Made by a program: the position numbers and the translations under genes. A model generated the notes under the pieces. That model had not been told where the DNA came from, did not search any database, and worked only from the letters and a program-made list of their open reading frames with translations. Shown here piece after piece: positions 25,720 to 31,751 of a stretch of DNA of 47,822 bases (its first letter is position 1; each line of letters opens with the position of its first letter). The stretch is from a virus. The stretch is from positions 1 through 47,822 of the IMG/VR virus record IMGVR_UViG_3300022745_000004; one strand, written 5' to 3'.

Positions 25720-26171
25720 GGGATCATTCCCCTCGCGTTGAGGTACGTCCGTTTGAAGATGAGCGCGCCGGCGAGGCCATCCCCGACGGGCATCAGCTTG
25801 CCCCACACATCGGCGGCGCTCGCGCGAAGCTCTTTGCTGGGCTGAACCATGTATACGACCCCCTGACGAGTGTCGGTCTTATTGTTCACGCGGTGCTGCC
25901 GAAAAGCAACCCCCAATGCCCGCATATTCCGAACGAACGGGATCCCAGTCATCTGGGGGGTCTTTCCCTGGATGACGCACCACGCGCAATACCACGCGTA
26001 CAGCTCTCCGGCCCACGTCCCATCGGCCACAGCATCCACCACTTCGAGGTGCTCAAGGAGGAACTCCTTGGCATGCTCAGGGCTCTCATCGACATGCACC
26101 GGGATGAGGCGCGCCTCGAGCTCGGCGACCTTCTCCTCGAGTGCGGTCAGGCGCAGGGAAAACTCGTCCAT
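25716..26171 (-). CDS. Cassette gene A: coiled-coil plus winged-helix-like protein (151 aa); regulator/repressor candidate
   Basis: MDEFSLRLTALEEKVAELEARL... followed by ELYAWYCAWCVIQGKTPQMTGIPFVRNMRALGV. That segment parallels the C-terminal tail of the SF3 helicase in this window (VYRGYRSWCARSGHKMIGRTRFRERLEALNV). It is the first gene after the control region, with TTGAGGT upstream of the ATG. Confidence 0.7.
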   Translation of the reverse strand: MDEFSLRLTALEEKVAELEARLIPVHVDESPEHAKEFLLEHLEVVDAVADGTWAGELYAWYCAWCVIQGKTPQMTGIPFVRNMRALGVAFRQHRVNNKTDTRQGVVYMVQPSKELRASAADVWGKLMPVGDGLAGALIFKRTYLNARGMIP

Positions 26172-26208
26172 CGTTCATACCTCAAGTAAGGGATCACGGG
26201 GTGGGGGG

Positions 26209-26237
26209 GGTATAGGCTGTACTGCACTGGAAATCAA
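26209..26237 (-). promoter_or_regulatory. Candidate sigma70-type promoter for the antisense cassette
   Basis: On the minus strand: TTGATT (26237-26232), a 17-nt spacer, then TATACC (26214-26209). The predicted start falls in the C8 run about 35 nt upstream of the gene A ATG. The -10 lacks the final T, so this is tentative. Confidence 0.3.
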
Positions 26238-26705
26238 GCCCTCTTTGGAGGTTACCCCCCCCCGGTACCTTGATCTCATACCCCCCCATACTAACTCTAA
26301 TGTTTCTAGATACTTCCATCTACCTAGGGATTATACGGTATGCACCAGTCCGAACGGTTCGGTCACGGTATTTTCTGTGACGCACCGTTTCAGTGATCGA
26401 GTCGGTTTCCTATGCAGCAGCCGCTCCGAAAACGAGCCACTTTTCCGGGTTTGCACAGGGGAGGGAACCCATCCAGGCCGCCGGCGCATCGTTCCATTTG
26501 CCGGGGGGTGCATGCCCTCCGTTGCATGATGCGGCCTTGCTCTTGACGCCGCGTAGAGACCGGCCCTTGTCCGGCCAGTTATGTAGGTGCCTATTGCAAC
26601 AGGGGTGCACGCTCGTCGGCTGCGGCAAAACGCCGCACCACACCCACGTCCCCTCTTGCATCATTCCACGCGTGACATCCGTCATCCATTCTGCAGATCT
26701 CGGGA

Positions 26706-26733
26706 TTGACTCATGACCGGTCTCGGTTACACT
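26706..26733 (+). promoter_or_regulatory. Candidate sigma70-type promoter for the rightward early genes
   Basis: TTGACT (26706-26711), a 16-nt spacer, then TACACT (26728-26733). It sits about 36 nt upstream of the ATG at 26770, which is preceded by GAGGTG. Confidence 0.4.
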
Positions 26734-26769
26734 TGGGATGCGGCGCTTTTGCCGTCAATGAGGTGCAAC

Positions 26770-26979
26770 ATGTCCCGTCGATTCTGCAACCCTGCTATGA
26801 TCGCCCATGCCATGCGGCGTCCGCCTGCGGCGCGCGTCGGTTCGCGTGCGGCGGAATCTCTCATCGATCGCATCGAAGCTCGCGAGGCCATCGATGCGAT
26901 CGTGGATGCCCTCGACTATGTGGATCTGGAGGATATGTCTAGCCCGGCGGCATGGGCGTTTGATGGCGAGGTGCTCTAA
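26770..26979 (+). CDS. Small acidic early protein (69 aa)
   Basis: ATG at 26770 with GAGGTG upstream: MSRRFCNPAMIAHAMRRPPAARVGSRAAESLIDRIEAREAIDAIVDALDYVDLEDM... The listed start at 26713 would overlap the predicted promoter. Confidence 0.5.
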   Translation: MSRRFCNPAMIAHAMRRPPAARVGSRAAESLIDRIEAREAIDAIVDALDYVDLEDMSSPAAWAFDGEVL

Positions 26980-27079
26980 TGCGTGCCCCTGATTCTATCA
27001 CGATCAACGCGCGGCGATGGTTCGATGGGTGCGGCAAGGGAGGCGTTGCAGCTCGGCTGCACCATGGGAAGGTGGACGC

Positions 27080-27799
27080 ATGAAACCGTGGCAACCTATC
27101 ACCGCACCGTTGATCCTGTGGGAAGGTCCCTCGGAGATTGATGGCGCTCCCATCGTCGTGATCGCAACAGTCGACAGCGACAACCGTAAGACCGGTGACA
27201 TGATCCAAACGTGGATCATGCGTCGGGATGTCGCGCCGCACGTTGCAGTGCGGACTGGGGAGGATGTCTCGATCTGCGGTGATTGCCCACATCGTCGCCA
27301 GCCTAACGGCACCCGAACGTGCTATGTGACAGTCCACAATGCGCCGCGTTCGGTGTGGGCGAAATATCGTCGAGGGGGCTATAAGCGCGCGACCGGTTGG
27401 CAGCTTGCCGCGATGCAGAGCATGAAGGTGCGCGCCGGGTCGTATGGCGATCCGGGAGCTGTCCCAGGGCACGTGTGGGCCCGCATCCTCGGGAGAAGGC
27501 ACACCGGATACACTCACCAATGGCGACGTAGGCCGGACCTCATGGGGCTTGTCATGGCATCCGTTGACAGCCTCGAGGAGCACCACGACGCCACGCGCGC
27601 AGGCTGGCGCACGTTTCGGGTGACACCTCACGACGTGCTCAATCTTGAGGCGCGCGAGATTGAGTGTCTTGCGGAATCTCGCGGTCTCACGTGTGCGACG
27701 TGCAACGCATGCCATGGTGCGCGTAATGAGGCACCCTCGATCGCTATCCGCGCACATGGTGCTGCCAAGCGTTCGGTGGGCCTACCGATCATCCAGTAG
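27080..27799 (+). CDS. Conserved-looking Cys/His-rich early protein, unknown function (239 aa)
   Basis: ATG at 27080 after GGAAGGTGG. Motif-like blocks: TGDMIQTWI, ICGDCPHR...TRTCYV, GSYGDPGAVP, TGYTHQW, MASVDS, LTCATCNACHG. Confidence 0.7.
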   Translation: MKPWQPITAPLILWEGPSEIDGAPIVVIATVDSDNRKTGDMIQTWIMRRDVAPHVAVRTGEDVSICGDCPHRRQPNGTRTCYVTVHNAPRSVWAKYRRGGYKRATGWQLAAMQSMKVRAGSYGDPGAVPGHVWARILGRRHTGYTHQWRRRPDLMGLVMASVDSLEEHHDATRAGWRTFRVTPHDVLNLEAREIECLAESRGLTCATCNACHGARNEAPSIAIRAHGAAKRSVGLPIIQ

Positions 27800-27816
27800 C
27801 GGTTAGATGCTCGCCT

Positions 27817-27842
27817 GTAGCAGCGTGCCGCCATGCTGCTAC
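27817..27842 (+). terminator. Intergenic hairpin after 27799
   Basis: gtagcagc / gctgctac forms an 8-bp stem with a 10-nt loop, 18 nt after the TAG stop. No T-run. Confidence 0.35.
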
Positions 27843-27874
27843 CAGCGCGCACCCAAGCGCGATCGGAGGATAGA

Positions 27875-28384
27875 ATGGCACCTAAGAAGGCACCTGGCGA
27901 ACTTGCGCGCGGTCTCTTGCGCAAGGCTGGAGATATCACAACCGAACGTGGCGTCATTGCCGCAATGCAGGCCAACCATGACGAGAAAGCGCGCGCGAAA
28001 CGTGCCGATGCTGCAGAGCGGATCGGCGTGGTCATCATTGCCCGGTTCAAAGCTGAAGCCGCGTTGCAAGGCCTGCGGCAAAAGGCGCGCGATGCGCTGC
28101 CGTCTGAGGTGTGGTCATACGAGGATCAGATCACGCGGGCACGGGAGACGTGCGACTATCTGCAGCTCCAGATCGGGCGCGCGATCGACGGCACGCGTTA
28201 CCGCGCGGCCCTTGATCTGGGCGATGCTCCATGGAACCGCATCGCGGCATACGTGCTGCGGGACGTCGTCGAGGCCTACACCGGCCAACCGGCGGGCGTC
28301 GGGATGACGGTCCCGGGGTGGGAGTTGCGCGCGGCGGACCTCATCCGCGAGATCGAAAGTGCTCCGGGTATGGGCGTGCGATGA
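27875..28384 (+). CDS. Hypothetical early protein (169 aa)
   Basis: ATG at 27875 with GGAGGA 5 nt upstream: MAPKKAPGELARGLLRKAGDITTERGVIAAMQ... Confidence 0.65.
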   Translation: MAPKKAPGELARGLLRKAGDITTERGVIAAMQANHDEKARAKRADAAERIGVVIIARFKAEAALQGLRQKARDALPSEVWSYEDQITRARETCDYLQLQIGRAIDGTRYRAALDLGDAPWNRIAAYVLRDVVEAYTGQPAGVGMTVPGWELRAADLIREIESAPGMGVR

Positions 28385-28584
28385 CGATCACAGACCCGAG
28401 TCAAGAGGCACCGTGTGACGCGTGCGGTCGTATGATCCACGTAGGTCAAACCGTGCGGGTTTCTGTTGACAGCAGTGGCATCCATTGGCACTGTGCCGCG
28501 TGTGGGGCACGGGAGAGCAATGGAACGGGACATCAGCAGGTGCGAGACGTGCGATCGCGCGTGTACGGCAGCCGAGTGCGGTGA
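28381..28584 (+). CDS. Small zinc-ribbon protein (67 aa)
   Basis: ATGA overlap with the upstream stop. CDACGRMIH...HCAACG (CxxC...CxxC). Its tail overlaps the next ORF by 65 nt, so the end is uncertain. Confidence 0.4.
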   Translation: MTITDPSQEAPCDACGRMIHVGQTVRVSVDSSGIHWHCAACGARESNGTGHQQVRDVRSRVYGSRVR

Positions 28585-28816
28585 CTGCGCGCGCGATAGG
28601 AAGGCCAGGCCCGGGGTCTGCCACAACTGTGGCCTGACCTGCGGGCCTGGTCGCGTTTGTGCCTCCTGTGCCCTTGAGCTCGCACGGGAGAGCGCGGAGG
28701 AGGCCGCCGTCGAAGCCGGGATCCGCGAGTACCTGGCGGGCACGGGCGTGCACCCGGCCCCTGTGAGCTCGTGGCGGCCACGCCGGACCACGCGCGCGTT
28801 CTGGGAGGGCACGTGA
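28520..28816 (+). CDS. Cys-rich zinc-finger protein (98 aa)
   Basis: MERDISRCETCDRACTAAECGDCARDRKARPGVCHNCGLTCGPGRVCASCALE... with G/C-rich third codon positions. Confidence 0.6.
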   Translation: MERDISRCETCDRACTAAECGDCARDRKARPGVCHNCGLTCGPGRVCASCALELARESAEEAAVEAGIREYLAGTGVHPAPVSSWRPRRTTRAFWEGT

Positions 28817-29208
28817 AAGCCAACCCCCACCTCGACTTCGTGCTGTGCTCCATCCCCACCACCACGTTCGGGGGGCTTGAGCCGTACACCGCGCCCACCG
28901 CCGCACGGGCACCCGAGGACGCTGTCATGGCGTCGCAGGTGCCGGACCCTGAGCCCATCCGCGGGCGCGTCGCCGAGGCCCACCGCTACGTGGGCGAGGA
29001 GACCCTGGCGCTTGTCGCCGGCGAGCTGTGGGCCGCGGACTACCGCACGAGCATCAGTATCACGCGCGGCCTGCGGGCGAACGGGCACCAGATCACGCAC
29101 CGGCACGTCAACGCCGCGCTCGAGCGCCTGCGCGCCACGGGCAAGGCCACGCGCATCGTCAACAAAGACCGCCACCGCAACACGCGATGGCTCTGGAGGA
29201 AGAAGTGA
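28813..29208 (+). CDS. Hypothetical protein with winged-helix-like C-terminus (131 aa)
   Basis: GTG at 28813 with a GTGA overlap. ...ISITRGLRANGHQITHRHVNAALERLRATGKATRIV resembles a wHTH recognition region. The fold call is weak. Confidence 0.5.
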   Translation: MKANPHLDFVLCSIPTTTFGGLEPYTAPTAARAPEDAVMASQVPDPEPIRGRVAEAHRYVGEETLALVAGELWAADYRTSISITRGLRANGHQITHRHVNAALERLRATGKATRIVNKDRHRNTRWLWRKK

Positions 29209-29636
29209 GCGACCTGAGGGACATGGTGAGCCTGGCGACCCTGATGGAGGGCGGCATCGTCGAGCAGTTCGACGAGGCGCTGCGCCTAGCGGCCGAGAAC
29301 TGCCTCGACCCGAACACGGAGGCCACGGCCACGCGCACGGTGAGCCTCACCGTGAAGCTCAAGCCGAACGTGAACCGCGAGGTGGTGGACCTCGACTGCC
29401 AGGTGGTGGCGAAGCCCGCGCCGGACAAGCCCGTGTCGACGACGCTGTTCCTCGGCAAGACGAAGCAGAACCAGGCCGTCCTCGCCGAGAAGAACGCACG
29501 GCAGAACGACCTCTTCAACCGCAGCCCGCAGGAGATCGCGGCGGGCCTGCAGGAGGAGATGCGTCGCAAGGGGCACAACGTCGTCGTGCTCCCCGTGGTC
29601 GACATCGTCACCGAGGAGAACGCCGGGCACGGTTGA
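29187..29636 (+). CDS. Hypothetical early protein (149 aa; alternative GTG start at 29205)
   Basis: MALEEEVSDLRDMVSLATLMEGGIVEQFDEALRLAAENCLDPN... The GTG at 29205 would give a GTGA overlap with the upstream stop. Confidence 0.6.
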   Translation: MALEEEVSDLRDMVSLATLMEGGIVEQFDEALRLAAENCLDPNTEATATRTVSLTVKLKPNVNREVVDLDCQVVAKPAPDKPVSTTLFLGKTKQNQAVLAEKNARQNDLFNRSPQEIAAGLQEEMRRKGHNVVVLPVVDIVTEENAGHG

Positions 29637-29641
29637 AGCCC

Positions 29642-29663
29642 GCTCACGGCACGCGCCGTGAGC
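29642..29663 (+). terminator. Hairpin 6 nt after the stop at 29636
   Basis: gctcacggc-acgc-gccgtgagc forms a 9-bp perfect stem with a 4-nt loop. No T-run. Its 3' arm overlaps the 17-bp inverted repeat described below. Confidence 0.45.
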
Positions 29664-29733
29664 ATGCACCGAGGTGCCGAGCACCCGTCCCCCCGAGGTC
29701 CCCACCAACGCACGGGCCTCGGTGCATGCTCAC
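29658..29733 (+). promoter_or_regulatory. 17-bp perfect inverted repeat with a 42-nt spacer (large stem-loop / protein-binding palindrome)
   Basis: gtgagcatgcaccgagg (29658-29674) is the exact reverse complement of cctcggtgcatgctcac (29717-29733). It lies in the 125-nt gap before the gene at 29762. Confidence 0.7.
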
Positions 29734-29761
29734 CGCGCAGTGACGCGCGATGGAGGCCACG

Positions 29762-30526
29762 ATGATCAAAGAAGCCATCGAAACGATCCAGAAGCTCGCC
29801 GACAAGGGCCGCGCCCCGCCCGACATCAAGGTACTGGACGGCCGCACGCGCCAGTCCGTGGGTGGCGACGAGTACCTGCCGATCCCGACGACGCACGACG
29901 ACCCCCTGCAGGTGTCGACGCTGTCGGCGATCATCGACTACCTGGCGGACAACCGCGACGCGCTGACCCTCGAGGACGTGAGCGTGATCGTCACCCCGGG
30001 CTCGGTGTTCGCTGTGACGCCTCCCGAGAAGGACGGCCACCGCACGGTCCGCATCTCGGCAGCCCCCGCGCTCGGCGACGTCGTGCAGCCGCACCTCGGC
30101 AAGTTCCTCGATCAGGAGAGCCTGATCGTGTGGCTGCAGACCGCGTTCCTGCCGTCGCCGGATCGCGCCGACCTGCTCAAGATGGTGTCGAGCCTGCAGG
30201 CCGAGTCGGTGCGCGCCGTCGGCGACAGCGGCATCGCACAAGAGGTCGTCGTCAAGACGGGCTCGGTGCGTGTGGGCAGCGAGGTTATCAAGAGCCCGGT
30301 GATGCTCATCCCGCGCCGCACGTTCGGCGAGATCACCCTCGAGCCCGAGGCCTTCATCGTGCGTGCGAAGGCGCAGGGCGCCGGCGGGCTGCCCGGCGTG
30401 GCGCTGTTCGCGGCCGGCGGCGACGCCTGGAAGCTCGACGCCGTGGCGAAGATCGCCAGCTACCTCAAGAAGAACGCGCGCCCCGAGCAGGGCTCCGAGT
30501 TGGTGCAGTGGGGGGTGCTCGCGTGA
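29762..30526 (+). CDS. Hypothetical early protein (254 aa)
   Basis: ATG at 29762 preceded by GGAGG (ATGGAGGCCACGATG); the upstream ATG at 29750 is the alternative. MIKEAIETIQKLADKGRAPPDIKVLDGRTRQSVGG... Confidence 0.7.
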   Translation: MIKEAIETIQKLADKGRAPPDIKVLDGRTRQSVGGDEYLPIPTTHDDPLQVSTLSAIIDYLADNRDALTLEDVSVIVTPGSVFAVTPPEKDGHRTVRISAAPALGDVVQPHLGKFLDQESLIVWLQTAFLPSPDRADLLKMVSSLQAESVRAVGDSGIAQEVVVKTGSVRVGSEVIKSPVMLIPRRTFGEITLEPEAFIVRAKAQGAGGLPGVALFAAGGDAWKLDAVAKIASYLKKNARPEQGSELVQWGVLA

Positions 30527-31086
30527 CCGACAAGCCGAAGCACCCGCCGCTCGACGAGCCAGCGCGAGTGGAGCATGGCCAGGCCGCTGAGCGTTCATGG
30601 AGCGCGCTTGCCTCTCCGATCGCACCGTGGGAGCGGGCACCGACGAACCACCGCGGGCTCCTCGAGCGCGACATCGTTGCGCCGCTGCTCCTCAACGTGG
30701 AGAGCGGCCACCTGCTCGAGGCGGCGGCCCGGCGCCTCGCCGACGGCGCACACACGATCGAGGCGCTCCGTCGCGACGTTGCCTCGATGCGCGAGCACGC
30801 GGCGAACATGGAGCGGATGGCGCAGAACGAGCACGAGGCCGCGAGCAAGGCCGGGTTCGAACTGGACAAGATCCACACGCTCATCGACGGCCTTGTCGAG
30901 ACGGCAGACCTCGAGCCGGTCGCCCTCGTCGTCGCCCGCATCGTCAACAGGTTCAAGGAGATGAGCGCACTGCTCACAAAGAAGGAGCTCAAGATGAAGA
31001 AGATCAAGGTGCGGCGGGGTGACCCGCGCGCGGCGAAGCCCATGCCGAAGGTCAAGGCCGGGGCACCGAAGAAGAAGCGGAAGTAG
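30523..31086 (+). CDS. Hypothetical protein with Lys-rich C-terminal tail (187 aa)
   Basis: GTG at 30523 with a GTGA overlap. It ends ...KKELKMKKIKVRRGDPRAAKPMPKVKAGAPKKKRK. Confidence 0.6.
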   Translation: MTDKPKHPPLDEPARVEHGQAAERSWSALASPIAPWERAPTNHRGLLERDIVAPLLLNVESGHLLEAAARRLADGAHTIEALRRDVASMREHAANMERMAQNEHEAASKAGFELDKIHTLIDGLVETADLEPVALVVARIVNRFKEMSALLTKKELKMKKIKVRRGDPRAAKPMPKVKAGAPKKKRK

Positions 31087-31090
31087 GACC

Positions 31091-31109
31091 GCGCAGCTCG
31101 GCGCTGCGC
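31091..31109 (+). terminator. Hairpin 5 nt after the stop at 31086
   Basis: gcgcagc-tcggc-gctgcgc forms a 7-bp stem with a 5-nt loop. Confidence 0.4.
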
Positions 31110-31197
31110 CGACGCCGTGAGCATCAACCAACGCGCATCGACGAGACCCTGCGCGCGCTCACGACGTCGGCATCGCGCCGAAGCGATGGAGGAAACG

Positions 31198-31392
31198 ATG
31201 GAACCGATCATGCAGTTCTTCAAGTACGAGCACCTGAAGCCCGAGCTTCAGGAAGTGAGCAAGCCGTTCTGCCTGCTCGCCGAGCAGATCGTGAAGACGC
31301 TCCCGCGCAACGCGGAGCGCACGGTCGCCCTGCGGAAGCTGCTCGAGTGCAAGGACGCCGCCGTGCGCGCCTACATCGCGGAGATCGCGTGA
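31198..31392 (+). CDS. Small conserved-looking phage protein (64 aa)
   Basis: ATG at 31198 preceded by GGAGG (ATGGAGGAAACGATG). MEPIMQFFKYEHLKPELQEVSKPFCLLAEQIVKTLPRNAERTVALRKLLECKDAAVRAYI. The pattern looks familiar from other phage genomes, but I cannot name the family. Confidence 0.65.
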   Translation: MEPIMQFFKYEHLKPELQEVSKPFCLLAEQIVKTLPRNAERTVALRKLLECKDAAVRAYIAEIA

Positions 31393-31751
31393 GGGATCTC
31401 ATCCAGAAGAACCGCCGGCACCCGAGCCTGCGCGTCGTGCCGCAGGCGATCGAGAACGGCGTGGCCCCCGCGCTGTCGGGCTTCCCTGTGTTCGCCGTTG
31501 GCGACCGCATCATCGAGACCGTGGGCATGACGGCGTCCGATGTGGGCGACGTGATCGGCGACGGCGTCGAGCTGGCCTACGCCTCGGCGCAGTCCCTGCG
31601 GATGCTGAGCCTGCTCGAGGCACTCGTCGACTTCCTGGAGGAGGCTGGTCTGCAGTCGCTGGCCCACGACATCGGCGCGAAGAGCGGCGTGGCCCTCGAT
31701 GAGGCTGTCGCGAAGGCCCGCGACGTCATCAAGCAGGCGACCCCGCCGTGA
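31389..31751 (+). CDS. Hypothetical protein (120 aa)
   Basis: GTG at 31389 with a GTGA overlap on the upstream stop. Confidence 0.55.
   Translation: MRDLIQKNRRHPSLRVVPQAIENGVAPALSGFPVFAVGDRIIETVGMTASDVGDVIGDGVELAYASAQSLRMLSLLEALVDFLEEAGLQSLAHDIGAKSGVALDEAVAKARDVIKQATPP

Larger units (their letters stand above)
26172..26769. promoter_or_regulatory. ~600-bp non-coding divergent control region (immunity switch / origin / att candidate)
   Basis: No convincing ORF in any frame, and G+C is visibly lower than anywhere else. It contains G4TG8 (26198-26210), C9 (26255-26263) and C7 (26281-26287), an AT-rich patch at 26288-26345, several palindromes and four TTGCA-core repeats. Confidence 0.8.

Noticed and set aside
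26198-26290. G/C homopolymer cluster as a CRISPR array or other spaced-repeat array.
   Set aside because: There is no repeat-spacer periodicity. The tracts differ in length and sequence context and occur only once each.
26300-26380. A 26-codon AT-rich ORF (MFLDTSIYLGIIRYAPVRTVRSRYFL) as a Cro-like gene in the control region.
   Set aside because: It has no RBS, its codon usage is unlike any gene in the window, and it overlaps the palindromic elements. It is most likely non-coding.
29159-30640. Minus-strand ORF of 493 aa spanning several plus-strand early genes.
   Set aside because: It has an Arg/Ala-rich shadow composition and crosses intergenic hairpins and three plus-strand genes that have good RBS and overlap signals.
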